Assembly (NCBI GenBank): GCA_001179505.1
Contig: CDMY01000289.1
Span: forward strand, 68,839-132,838
Reading direction: 5' to 3'
DNA: 64,000 bases
From: Vitrella brassicaformis CCMP3155
Lineage: Eukaryota > Protista > Chromerida
Shown here: piece by piece, positions 1-12,166 of the stretch
How positions within the stretch are numbered: the stretch's first letter is position 1
Layout of the letters: the number at the start of each line of letters is the position of its first letter
The notes under the pieces: generated by a model
Databases searched by the model: none
The model's input: the letters and a program-made list of their open reading frames with translations, nothing else
Told to the model about the DNA's origin: nothing
Program-made: the position numbers and the translations under genes

Positions 1-404
1 CCTGGTTTCTGTTGCATGGTAGACTCACACACCGTCCGTCTCTCAGTTGAATGCATTTAATCGCCATCACTCTCTGTCCGTCAGCGCCTCCTGTTCGGCA
101 ACACGCCGACGCTGACCTGACGATACCACCCACTCATTTCGTTTGGGCACATCAACACGACACGCCCTCTCTCAGTGCAGAGCAGCATCATCCATCTCAT
201 CTGTATGTACGCAGTCGGTCTCAATGCCGTGACGTCACACACAGCCATCCACTCGCCCACTCAGACAGACAGAGGCACATACCATACACACGAACGAACA
301 AGTGAGAGAGTATACGGACGACAAAAAACGCATAGACCAAAGAAAGAAAGAAGACGCGTGCACACCACACATACGACTAGATGAGATGAGATGACGGTAG
401 GTAC

Positions 405-2850
405 TCACATGACATCCACGAGCGACACTGACACGGACGACAGCTCCCCTGACGCTGCCGCTACCCTGCCCATTTCCACGTCTTTCGGGGGCGGCTGAAA
501 GTGCTGCTGGTGGTGGTGTTGGTGCGTCTGGACGCTTTTCTCTTTCCTCCACGCGCCGAGCATGAGCATACACAGGTGCATGACGCCGTGGTAGCAGCCG
601 CGAGTCAGGTGATACAGACATACAGACGCCTGAAATATATTACCACACACATGACACACATGTGACACAGCGGCCAGAAGTGTGTCCCGTACCTGGTATA
701 GGAAGAAGAACACTGGTGCGATAAGGCATATTATCACATAGCCCCCTGCACACACACACATTCATCCATCCATCCATCCATGTGATCACCCACACCCCCT
801 TCCCCTTCCTCTCTCTCTCCTTACAGAAGGTGAACAGCCCGGCCGCCACGAGTGAGAAGGGCGTGTGGTAGAGCTTCCGCCGGGTGAGGGGCGTCACCGC
901 ACGGCAGCAGCCATAGATCGTCAGGGCCACCAGCGGCAGAGAAACCATTGTCAACGCCAGGGCAGCCGGGCCCAGCACCAGCAGCTGCACACAGATACAT
1001 ACATACCCACACAAAAGATGCACGGGGCAGTCAGGCAGGCAGGCGTGTATGTGTGTGCTGTGTGGTGTGGTGTGGAGGGCTGACCATGAGAAGGAATCCG
1101 CCCCGGTAGAAGAGGGCCTGGAGAGGGCTCCACGGCTCGTCACGGTCGGCCATCTGGCGGGTGGGACAGCCCAGCACGTTCCACCTGGCGGATTGGATTG
1201 ATGACAGACAGACAGACAGACACCCACACCACAGACAGACAGACAGACAGACAGAGAGGGATTGTGTGCACACGGCACATAGGTGGATGGATGCCCTGTG
1301 TGGCCGCCCATGTGTGTGCCCACCCACCATGCATAGTGGAAGGGGAACTGCCCTTCGCCCACTTTCCGGCCACAGATCCAACAGAAGCTCACGCCACAGC
1401 TGGCAACAAACAATGAATGCACAAGCCCATCTGTCTGTGCGGGTGCGTGTTGTGTGTGTGCGTCTAGTCTACTTGGTGCAGATCATGTGGTTGCATCCGC
1501 CGGCCTTCTCCACTGGCTGCGAGCACCCCGGGCAGGGCTTGCAGGTCGTTGCGATCACCGTCCGATTGGCGCGCTCCTCGTGACGGTGCAGCCGCTCGTG
1601 CGCCGCACACGTCATACCTGCAGCAGACACACACGTGCAAAGGTGGCTGGATGGCCAATGACGCGCAGCACACACTGGGTTGGGTACCCTACCTGGGTGA
1701 GCGTCAGCGTGGAAGTAGCAGAACCGGTAGCCGCACTTGTCACACGTCATGTCGGCCTGCCGGCCGCCCGACAGCCGCCAGCCGCCGCCCGAGCTCGACA
1801 CCAGATGGTCGCACTTCGGGCATGACCTGCACGCCCACACAGACAGACAGACAGGCAGCCACACATCCGTCCATCCGTCCATCCGTCCATCCAGCCAGCC
1901 ACGTGTCACCGACCTGCATGTGGGTTCCTCTCGGATCCGTTTGTATCTGCGGTACTTTTGCACGACGGTGTGGTCCAGGAGCGGCACGAACTCGCTCTCG
2001 TCGAGCCGGCTGTTGCACAGACGGACAGGTGCGGGGGCGGAGGGGGGGTCGGGCGGAATGACGTGAAAACAGTGGAACGATATCTGCACACAACGATCCG
2101 CACACGCGGGCAGACAGACACAATGGATGGATGCGGCTCGTCGGTTGTGCGAGTGCGTGTGTCTGTCTGACCTGTCCTTCAGCGATGCGGCTGGAGATGT
2201 AGTCCTTGAAGCAGCAGACGCAGCACTGGTGGCCGCACTGCAGGGTGTGTGCGCAGTTGGTGTCCTGGTAGGCCATGCAGATGGGGCAGTAGAAGGTCCG
2301 CTCCGTGCACACCAGCACCTCCGAGTGACGCACGCCGTCCAGCGCGTCCACCCAGATCTGAGGCAGCTCCGTCACTGTCACCATCACACACACCGCACAT
2401 ACATGAATGGATCCACTGCCCGTGCATGGAAATATGCCCTTCTCACCTTTCGGCCATCGTGGTCGCAACCCAACTGTCCTCCTTCCGCAAAGCGTCCTGA
2501 CAAGAAACACACACACAAACACACACACACACTCATCCACACTGGCCATCCCTCATACACTGCACAGCCTCTCACCTGGTGTTGGGGCATGACTCCGACC
2601 TTTTGACGGCCTCAACGCAGCTCCTCTCCGCCTCCCTCTGCGCCCTCGCCGCCGCCCCGATCGCCCCGTCCTCACTCACCGTCTCACTCTCGGGCGGGGT
2701 CGGCTCATCCACACCATCGTCCTCATCAGAACAACAGATGGCTGCTCGTCCCAGGACAGTCGGGGTATCGGCGACGGTCGTGGGCGTGTCATTGTCGTGC
2801 CCGTCGGAGGGCAGGGCGGCGTTCGACAGGCCGGTGAGATCTCTCAGCAT
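405..2850 (-). CDS. RBR (RING1-IBR-RING2) E3 ubiquitin ligase with C-terminal transmembrane segments; multi-exon; 3' end uncertain
   Basis: Spliced exons give RING1 CPICMAYQDTNCAHTLQCGHQCCVCCFKDYI, IBR CPKCDHLV...CDKCGYRFCYFHADAHPG and RING2 [31 protein letters not shown], followed by hydrophobic stretches (VLGPAALALTMVSLPLVALTIYGCC). GT-AG introns join the frames. Confidence 0.85.
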
Positions 2851-2975
2851 TGGGCCGATTCATGCTCGAGGCATCGAATTGTTGCGATACGCTAGGCTGG
2901 CAAGTGCGATGAACGATGCGATAGCGGGATTCCGATGCGATTCGTTTTTCTCTCAGCGAGTGACAAACCCTGCAC

Positions 2976-2999
2976 AAACCCTTCGGTCTTCAAACCCTG
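2976..2999 (+). promoter_or_regulatory. 24-bp double telobox-like element AAACCC-TTCGGTCTTC-AAACCCTG (putative promoter element)
   Basis: Exact sequence read about 95 bp upstream of the ATG at 3095, with a third AAACCCT at 2965. Near-identical copies at 11483, 12553 and 17722 (reverse strand). Function is inferred from position only. Confidence 0.45.
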
Positions 3000-3094
3000 G
3001 GCATTGCTATGAGCTTGCTGACGTCATCTGCCATCATCTTTCCCCCGGTCTTGACCCGTCTTCCTCTGCACCTCCATTTTCGGCTTGTCAGCTG

Positions 3095-4553
3095 ATGACG
3101 ACTGCCATGACCGATGAGCCTCAGCCATGCCCGGTCTGTCTGACGCCCTCCTCAACCTCTCGCGTGGCCCTGCCGTGCGGCCATGACTGCTGTGTGGACT
3201 GCGCCGAGAGATGGTTGCTGGCGACTGTCCAAGGCGCAACGCCCGGACAGCTGAATGACAGGGGAGCGGTCGATGCTGTGTGTCCGGTGGGAGCGGCAGA
3301 TGACGGATGCCCAGCGATGGACATCACTGGAGTCATTCACAAGTGCTCTCAGGACGTCAGAAGCGCCATCAGTATGGGGGGGACGAAAGGGAAACACACA
3401 CGTATTGCGATCGATGTTGTGGCGACGAGGGCCGAGGACAATCGTGTGGTGTGTGGTGTGTTGATGCAGGTGCCCGTCTGGTTCGCCTGGCGCTGTGTTC
3501 GTGCGACGACGTCGCCGTGTGTCCCTCGTCCTCATGCGACTATGTGGGTTTCGTTTCCCCTGGCCAGACGAGTGCCACCTGCGGCAAGTGCGGCCGGTCC
3601 TTTCCCCTGTCGGCTGGCCCAGAAGGCCTGACGCACCAGGCGCACCACTTGTTCAGCTCACTCTGGTGAGAGAGAGAAGCAATGAAGGACGATTGTGTGG
3701 ATTTGACAATAGTATGTGTGTGTGTGTGTGTTTGTATCGTGCGGCTGGCTGCAGGAAGCTGCTATTCACTCGGCGGTGCCCGAAGTGCAATGCTCATGTC
3801 GAGAAGGACGGAGGGTGCCTTCACATGACCTGCGCGAGGTGCCGACATGACTGGTGCTGGGCCTGCAGCAAACCGTGGTCGCCGGAACACGCCACTCAGT
3901 GTGCCTACCCTCTCTCAGCCCCTCTGCTGCAGCTCTCTCTGCCACCCTTCGCCCTCTCGGCACTCATGTGGTGCGTCATCCTGGCCACTGGCTGCATCGC
4001 AACGCTCTCCTTCCCCGCCATCCGGTTGGTTGTGGTCGGCCTCTGCTTCCATGGCGTGTGCTTCGAGATGGGCTGCTGGCTGATTCTCTATCTCTGGGAC
4101 ATCATCATCAAGGCGCCCATGGGGCGAGAAGGAAGCCATCAGCATCACCACGTGTCGGCTCAGAGGTCGATCCGTGTACGGTTTCTACGCGACGGCAGGG
4201 TGGTGCTGCGCACGCCGCCGCGGCCGTTTTCCGCTTTGCTGCTGTGCGACAGGCGAAGAGCGAAGGAGAGGCAACGGATACTCCGCAATCTGCCGTTCGT
4301 CGGTGCCGTGATGGTCGTGTGGGTCGCTGCTGGCGTGGTCTTTCCTCTGGTCCGCACCTCCCTGCTGAGCGTCTTGGTGGTGGTGGTGCTGGGGGGCGGG
4401 AAGCGTGTGTGGGTGTGCCTGGTGCAGTGGCGGCAGGTGCGGGAGTATGTGCGGTACTTCGAGCAGATGGGCATCGATTGCCGAGTGAACAACTCGCTGC
4501 ACCCGACTGAGCAGGGTGATGCTGCCGTCAAGCACAGGGACCACTACGACTGA
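3095..4553 (+). CDS. RBR E3 ubiquitin ligase with C-terminal transmembrane region; 3 exons
   Basis: RING1 CPVCL...LPCGHDCCVDCAERW...VCP; partial IBR CPSSSCDYVGF...TCGKCGRSF; RING2 RCPKCNAHVEKDGGCLHMTCARCRHDWCWAC; several hydrophobic helices after it. Introns at about 3372-3469 and 3666-3753. Confidence 0.88.
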
Positions 4554-4649
4554 CCGCATTCATCCGTTCGTCTGTCTGTGTTGATAGCTATCGTCGTGTT
4601 GAGATGAGTGAATGGTTGAATGAATGGTTTTCCTTCAGTGTTGGTGTTG

Positions 4650-5318
4650 CCCTTCAGGCTTTTTCTTGCTTTGTGCTCGAAGTTGCCGTGGTGGGACGCT
4701 GTGTGTGTCATGCTGATCAATGCTCCTGGTTGAGCCGAATAGGCACACAATCAGGCAGAAAGGTCCATGAAGGCAGACAGACAGGCAGACAGACAGAGGG
4801 AAGCCAGACATGAAAGAAAGTAGGCACACCAACACCCACCCACACACATATACACCCTCGCGAGCAGAGCATCAGATGGACAGCACCGATAAAACGGAGA
4901 GCACGCCTTCATTCATTCGTCCATTCATTCATTCATTCATTCATCGGTTCTCACACACATGTCAGCATCTCGCCAGTCACCGGCCCGTTTGTTTGTCTAT
5001 CGAGCCGTCGGTCGGCCCATACAGAGGGAGCGACACAAACACGACGCGCACAGCATCACACCCCGCAACCACCCACGCACAGAAAGAGAGTCAGGGAGAG
5101 ATACGGAGGCCGCCTCGATGGCAGCCGGCTGGGAAGCCGCCACGAGATAAATGGCTTGCTCTCTTCTCTTGCTTTGTGCTCAAAGTGACCGTGGTACCGT
5201 GGGATGTTGTCTGTCTACGTCATGCTCATCAATGTCTACGCATTGCACCGACAGGCTCACACGCAGAATGGTCGATCAAGGCAGACAGGCAAGTCGTTGT
5301 TTCAAACGATGGCAGTCA

Positions 5319-5351
<33 letters not shown>

Positions 5352-5660
5352 GGCGTCCAAACACAAACTCGGTAGGTATACAAATACGTTTCGTCTGCAC
5401 ATGTGTAGACAACGGCTTGTCAGACACACATAAACACACCCTCGATGCAGGCACGTCGCAGGGCATCAGATGGACAGGGCATCCACACCAATAAAAGGCT
5501 GGCATTCATCGGCCCTCGCACGCATGACAGCAGCATTGAATTTCTGTCTATAAAACCTCCCACCAACCCAGGGGGAGCGAGAGAGGCATGACGGACACAC
5601 AAGAAGTGAGTGGGTGAGACAGAGGCATGGCATGGCAGCCGGCTGGAAAGCGATCATGAG
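4650..5660. repeat. Degenerate tandem duplication, about 500-bp unit, 2 copies
   Basis: Shared blocks in the same order: CTTGCTTTGTGCTC..GTCATGCT.ATCAATG (about 4665/5167), GCATCAGATGGACAG (4869/5463), ATGGCAGCCGGCTGG (5118/5632). Confidence 0.7.
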
Positions 5661-5836
5661 TGTGTAGGTACATCTAGGCCTGCAGATATGGAGGCACTAA
5701 AAACGACGCGAACACCACCGCCGTCGCAAACTGACAAATACACACGCACAGGGACGATTGCGGTGTGGTTACCTCTGTACGTCAGACTAGCGTGTGTCGT
5801 CACGTACCTTCTGCCCCTCTCGCACAAATGGAGCGA

Positions 5837-7247
5837 TTATCGGTCGAACATCATGGCAGCGACGGCGGCCCCAAGCACCACACGAGCCAACCGAGTCGTG
5901 ATGGGGAAGCGGACTTTGAAGGCGTCACCCCCACCAGGCACGGCACACTCCGTCGTGTAGGCGCGAACACTCACTGCGAGCACACAAACGAGACCAAAGC
6001 GACCAAAGCGAGAATTAAAGTGAGAGCGTTCTTCACCATGTGCTGTGCTGTGTTGTGCCGTGCTGACCGAAGGTCGTTGGGCGGGTCATGGGTACAGAGA
6101 TATGAACCCACGCGACGAAGGGGTGGCTGGCGTCGGTCAGCACGAGGCAGCGTAGCGGGACAAAGTCCGATCCCTGTCGTAGCCAGGACGTTGTGCTGGT
6201 GGTGCACCCATCCACTCGTGTGTGGGAGGACTGCATGAGCAGCGCCAGAATCCGCTCGTGGCCAACATGTCTGTCGACAGACACACAGACAAGTGGGCAT
6301 GTCAGTCACATCACACACCAATATGTCCCCCTCTGCCACCGCTCACCTGCCGGCCAGGTGCTGCGTGGGCTGGCGGTTCTGGCGGAAGTGGTCGAGGATG
6401 AAGTACTTGACGAACGACGACGCTGAGGCATACAGGCTGCCGTCTTGCGGCGCACACATCGCCTTCCAGTAGCCACCCATCGGACTCGTCGAATACTCCA
6501 CTGAGCAGCGGACCGGCGGGTCATGCGCCTGCCGGTGCTGGTGGAAGGGGTGGTTGGCCGGAATTGGCGGGTCCACGATCATGTCGAAGTCGTCGTGGTC
6601 CAGGATGGCGCGCAGCCGGTCGCCCTGCTCGAAGAGCTGGAAGCACACCTGCGGCCGTGGCTCGAACGTCATGCTGGACGGCAGCATGACCTTGGCATCG
6701 CCGAAGTTGATGTGACGGCCGACGAGCTTGAGGTGTGCCAACACACGTGGCTCAGATAAGAATGCCTGCACACACCAATCACATAGTCGAAATCACATTT
6801 CCCCCGCCAAACAAAGCGGGACCATCCCAATCTCACCGTCTTGTTTGCGTATCGGTCGAGTATGTCGGCAGCAGTGAGGCTGACGGGCAGGTGGCAGTAG
6901 CCGCACTTCGCCGCCAGCTCAATCACCTTGCCCATCTCGTCCGAGCCTCCCGCCTCCGTCACGCACACCGCCGTCAGCAGGGCGGCCTCATCCATGTGCT
7001 GATCGTCGAACACCAGCAGGCTGAGCGGCTGCCCGTTGACCACCCGCCGCAGCCCCGCCTGCTGGCTGAGTGAGTGGGTCAGCCACTGCCGCAGCTGGGC
7101 CGCCCTGAAGGGGTTTCTGAGCCACTTTGCTGTGACTCGCAGCGTAAGTATGTCCTTGAGGCCGAGCAGAAAGTTGCTCCGGCGACCAACGGACACGTAG
7201 TGGACGGGATGCTGCTGCTGCTGCTCCTGTTGGGGCTGCATCATCAC
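5837..7247 (-). CDS. Lineage-specific hypothetical protein with a weak F-box-like N-terminus; 4 exons
   Basis: Exons MMQPQQ...RYANKT, AFLSEPRVL...FQLFEQGDRL...HPFHQHRQAHDPPVRC...FVKYFILDHF, RHVGHERIL...LRCLVLTDASHPFVAWVHIS and VSVRAYTTEC...RFPITTRLARVVLGAAVAAMMFDR*. Recalled as resembling an expanded Vitrella family (not searched). Confidence 0.7.
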
Positions 7248-7505
7248 GGCCGTTGGATCTATCGCCGAGGGGACGAGGGCGCGAGGAGGCGGTTGGACGA
7301 AACGAGATGGGAAGAAGCAAACGGCCGAGTGCGATGCGTGAGTGATTTTTTGAGCTAAGCTCGCATGATTGGCTTTGCGAGATGCGCGTGATGCGATGCG
7401 AGCACCTTAAGCACTTTACTACGTAGACGAGCCTTCCTTTGTTGCCGCCTGAGATGTCATTGAGCCGCTGTTAGATCCGCTGTTCCCTCCCTGCGACCTA
7501 TCTAC

Positions 7506-8521
7506 ATGCCCAGGATGGCCGAGTCCGGCGTGCGTCGCACCTCCAACCGGACGGTCTTCGACGGCGTGACCGACAACGGTGCCCCTGAGGCCATGCTCAA
7601 TGGTGCTGGGCCGGGTCGCGCCAAGGGACGGTCGGGCTCCAAGCTGCTGCGGCGGATGGTGGCAGCTGTCACGGTGCTGGCCATATTCGGCACTTCACTC
7701 ACCTTCCTGCTATTCAGGTAAACCCATGACACTCGCAGACAGATCCATGACATCGTATTGCTGAGTGTTGTGCTTCTTTCCCCTTCGTGGTGCGGTGCAG
7801 ATCTTTCCTCTATGACCCGGGGTATAGTCTAGACCCGTCATACCTCTACTCCACCCACTACGGCCAGCTGGACATCCCCCAGCACCGCTCACTCTCCCGC
7901 GCAGCCAGGCACAGACTCGGCGGGGCCAAACGCGACGCAGCCAGCCAGGCGGCCGCCTCGGGAGGCAACACGAGCAATCAGCAGCCGCAGGCGGGCGCTT
8001 TCTCTGCTGTTGGTGAGGTGGATGTTGCGGCAGCAGCGGTTGCAGCAGCGGTTGCGGCAGCGGATGAAGATCCGAGGCGTCATCGGCCCGAGTACATTCA
8101 GGAGTTCCTCGACTGGCTAGGGAAAAATGGGATGCCCTCGACTAGCTACGAAGGGTCCGTCAAGACCGACATGTCCAGCGGCCGGCTCGTACTCAAGGCG
8201 GCACGGTGAGTAAGCGGAGAGAGAGAGAGAGAGAGAGAGAGAAGGCTGTATGCGGAAAGAAAGTATGTATGTGTGTGTGTGTGCGTGTGTCTGGTGTAGT
8301 GACATCAAGTGGGGTGAGCTGATCTTGAGTGTGCCGGCCTCGGCTGTTCTCAACATCACCGCCGCCAAATGGAGCAGACCGGGCGGGCCGCTGATCGATG
8401 AAGCTCGCAAACGACGTAACACAAACGATGCCACAACCACACACACACACACATCCATCCACCCACCGATTCATTCAGTCATTCCACGTGAGCTTCCTCG
8501 CCTGTTTGGTGCCTTGGTGTC

Positions 8522-8559
<38 letters not shown>

Positions 8560-10736
8560 TCTGTGTGTGTGCAGGTGATCTGTCCGTGGAGGAGGCCATG
8601 TATGCCTTTGCGATGCACGAGTGGCTGCGGGCGGACAAGAGTCACTGGTGGCCATGGATCAAGCTGTGGCCGCAGCAACCTGACGCTATCGTCTACTTCG
8701 ACCAAAAGAATCTCGATGAGGCGCAGGTGAGACTGGCACATTGAGAGAGAGAAAGGGATGCCCGCCCGCATCTCTTTGTCTCAATGTCCGGGAATGGGCG
8801 ATGTATGTGTTGTGTGCGCAGGATTTCCGGTTGTCTGATGTGCGTGACGATGAGCTGCAGGACGTCACTCGCCAGTACCAACACATCTTCGCAGAGACGC
8901 TCACACGAAAGAACAAGAAGATATTCCCGCCAACCCTCTACACAGGCACGTGACACTCCACACACACGGCGCACCGACCGACGCGCACACATTGCACCTT
9001 GTGAATGGGTGGGTGGATGTGTCCTGCAGAGGATTTGTTCAAGTGGGTGCGTTCGAATCTGATGTCGCGGTTTTTCCACGTGGCCGATGCGGTGGAGCAG
9101 ATCTACGTGCCGCTCGTGGACTTCCTTGACCACAAAGACCTGCCCACATGCAATCAGGTACACACACACCCACACACACACAGATGAATGAGTCCATCCA
9201 TCCATCCATCCAACCAATCGGTCGATCAACCAATCGGTCGATCAACCGACTGATTGCCTGCAGGACGACGACACGATCATGTTTGGGTGGAACGCCAAGA
9301 CGCGTCGGCACGAGGTCTTCGCCAACGAGGACTCGCCGGCCGACACCCCGCTGTCCCTCTGCTACAACCCCGACACCAACATGCAGCTCCTCAGGTACTA
9401 CGGCTTCGCAATGCCCCAAAACATATGGGACGAGGTGACCGTGGTCGTCACCATCGATAACACCGACACGGACACAGCTGACGGGGGCGGTGGCGGCGGT
9501 GGCGGTGGCGGCGAGAATGGTGGGGGTGGTGGGGGCAAGGGCGGCGGTGGGGGGTGGGACGAGGAGGACGTCAGTATGAATGACGGAGAGCCCTACACAA
9601 TGGAGGTCATGGTGCAGGTAGGTCAGACGGACAGACAGACAGACCATCCGTGTGTGTGTCGACCTGTCCATCCTTGTGTGTTGGTGCGCGTGTGTGTGTG
9701 TGTGCAGGACCCCCGCCGCCCGGACTTTCAGCTCGAGAAGACCATTTTGGAGCTCTGCGGCGCGGCAGAGGACCTCTGGACAGACGACGATGCCGAGGAC
9801 GGTGGGGTCGGAGCACAGCAGGAGGTGCCGCCCACCGGCATGACCAACACATGGATCAACGACCGCCGCCGATGGCACGAGAACGACGTTGACGCCATGC
9901 TCGCACTCTACCGACAGAAGCGAGACAAGGCGGCAAACGCCCCACCAGCAGCAGCTGACAGCGAGGGTGACGGTGGTGGTGGTGGTGGTGCCAAGAAGGC
10001 GGTGCAGGTGACTCCCTGGTGTGTGGCGCAGTCTCTGTCAGTGCTGGACGACGTGTTGAAGGGCTACCCCACGACCCTTGAGCAGGATCAGCAGCTGTGG
10101 CAAGAGCTGACGGGCAAGGGCGGCGGGGTCAGCCAAAGCCGAAAGAACCAGAGACAGGACGCCGCCTACAGATCTGCTGTCGCATATCGGTGAGTGAGGC
10201 CACCGACACACACAACACTACCATACACACATGCTCCTGTCTGTCTGCCTGTGTGTGTGTGTGTGTGTGTGTGTGTTGTGTGTGTCATCAGTCTGAATGC
10301 CAAGCGCATCTTGACAGAGGTCAAGGCGACCATCATCAAGTACCGCGATCTCCTCAAGATCCCCGTCGTCGACGTCAACAAGGCCAAACCAAAGACAGGC
10401 GCAAAGGGCAGCAGCGACAGCAAACAGACCATCGACAACAAACCACCGGCCCCTGCAGCCCACAACCAGCCCCCACCAGCACCAGCAGCAGCAGCAGTGG
10501 ACACATCAGACCAGAAGGCCAGCAGCGGCAGCGGCAGCAGTGAGGGCAAGGAGACGGTCAAGCAGCGGCTGGAGAAGCTCAAGATGGCCGGACAGGTGCC
10601 CGACACACACCAACAGCTACAGGGAGACGGCAAGGGCCAGCCAGAGGGGCAGCCAAAGGACAAGGGCCAGCAGCCACCAGCACCACCACCAGCAGCAGCG
10701 AATGACGGGCCGAGGGTAGCCGTGGCGCAGCGATAG
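7506..10736 (+). CDS. SET-domain lysine methyltransferase (Rubisco LSMT/SETD3-like) with an N-terminal hydrophobic anchor and a low-complexity C-terminus; about 9 exons
   Basis: Motifs EFLDWLGKNG, IKWGELILSVPASAVL, SHWWPWIKLWP, FKWVRSNLMSRFF, YVPLVDFLDH and LCYNPDTNMQLLRYYGF match the LSMT-type SET fold order. Confidence 0.82.
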
Positions 10737-11482
10737 CAGAGGGGCAGGGGGAGGGAGGGGGGCATTAATTGAGGGTGGCTGGGTGTTGACGGACGGATGG
10801 ATGGATCTATCCGTCTGTCCGTCCGTCCACATCACTGTGTATGTATGTATTTGTGCAGGGGAGGGTGGCGGGGTGGGGTGGTGGGTGTATTTAGCTTGCT
10901 CATGGCTGACCCACGAGCGGATGACAGACAGGCAGGCAGGCAGACGGCAGCCACAATGTAGGTGTGTGTGAGGTGAGGCGAGCCAGGCGAGGCGGGCGAT
11001 ATGATAGGTAGGTGTGTGTGCCGTGTCCTTTGGTCCGTCCCTTTCCTCAGTCTCTCATGAGTGTGCGTACGTGTGGCTGTCTTACCTGTCCAGTTGGATC
11101 ACTCATACAATGAATAGATAACCGACACACTCAGATAAGACAAGAACGAGCTATCAGTCCCAATGTAGGGTTCAGTGGTAGGGTGCAAAACCTTCTCGAA
11201 GAACGCGTTTCGGTGATGAGCAACGGGAAAAAGAACGTCTTCAACCAGGTGTTTCACGTTTCCGAGCGCCCTCCCCGCCCTTTTGACTGGTTGTATAAAT
11301 GAAAAAACAGACAGATCTGAGTTGTGTGGTGAAGATCTCTCCTGCATCGCACCTGCCGCCCGAATGCCCCTCCATTCGGGGTTTGAACCCTTCGGTCTAC
11401 AAACCCCGCTCACGACCCTTCGGTCTTAAAACCTTTCAGTCTACGCTAGCCTTAAAACCAGTTCCGGCCGTCAACAGGGTTT

Positions 11483-11506
11483 AAACCCTTCGGTCGTCAA
11501 ACCCTG
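11483..11506 (+). promoter_or_regulatory. 24-bp double telobox-like element within a degenerate AAACCC-TTCGGTC array (11379-11506)
   Basis: AAACCCTTCGGTCGTCAAACCCTG ends 6 bp before the ATG at 11513. Perfect palindrome GGGTTTAAACCC at 11477-11488. Confidence 0.45.
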
Positions 11507-11512
11507 CTCAGG

Positions 11513-12166
11513 ATGTGGCGGCGTCCCCTGGGCCTTTATGAGGGGGTTTTTGACGTGTCTAGGTGTCCTACCGAGCGTCCTCGATGGCAAGGTCCCTTCC
11601 CTGAAGAGTGCGAGGGCTACAAGGACGTGCCGGTGTACTACAAGAACCACCCACAAAGGTGTGCCGACTGCGCAGCCAGACCGGGACCGAAGGGGAGGCC
11701 TACAATGTGAAGCTGATATGGAAAAAGTTCAAATCTCGCGGACTGGAGGCCAACAGGCTGGTCAGCCAGACCAATCAGAGGGGACTCATTCCATTGGTGT
11801 TCAAAGTGTCGGTATTGTCAGGTGCGCTTCATTGGCACACGTGGTGAGTTTGAAGTACGCTACCTGGAACACCGCGATGCATACGCCATCTGGGTGGGTG
11901 AGGCGCCGAAAGGGAAAACTGACACGAAGGCACACGGACGCAGACAGACAATCGTGACTGCCTGTCTGACTCTCCCTCTCCATTTGTGTGTGTGTGTGTG
12001 TGTGTGCGTGCGCCTGTGTGTGTCAGGGCCACTGTAGAGTCCCGAGAAGGAGGAGATATGGCGGAGAGAGAGCGCCTTCTTTTTGGTGAAATGGTGGCGC
12101 CGCTTCAACGAGAGGCGGCGGCAGCGGGCAGCCCATGATGAGGGAACTCAACCATTACTCACCTAA
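11513..12166 (+). pseudogene. Disrupted copy of the 153-aa Trp/Arg-rich orphan gene at 17101-17715
   Basis: Same 3-exon structure as the partner copy, but with a frameshift near 11652 (CCACAAAGGTG vs CCAGAGGTG) and TGG>TAG at 12035-12037. Confidence 0.75.

Noticed and set aside
9211-9256. 16-bp tandem CAACCAATCGGTCGAT, and similar small repeats at 8521, 43925 and 56843
   Set aside because: Local slippage duplications in introns or non-coding DNA with no recurrence elsewhere in the window.
11099-11290. Minus-strand peptide KHLVEDVLFPVAHHRNAFFEKVLHP as a retroelement fragment
   Set aside because: No RT, integrase or gag motif is recognisable, and it is too short to support.
11379-11506. AAACCC-TTCGGTC array as a CRISPR array or true telomere
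   Set aside because: Units are irregular, there are no unique 30-40-nt spacers or cas genes, the context is eukaryotic, and it is not a contiguous TTTAGGG tract.
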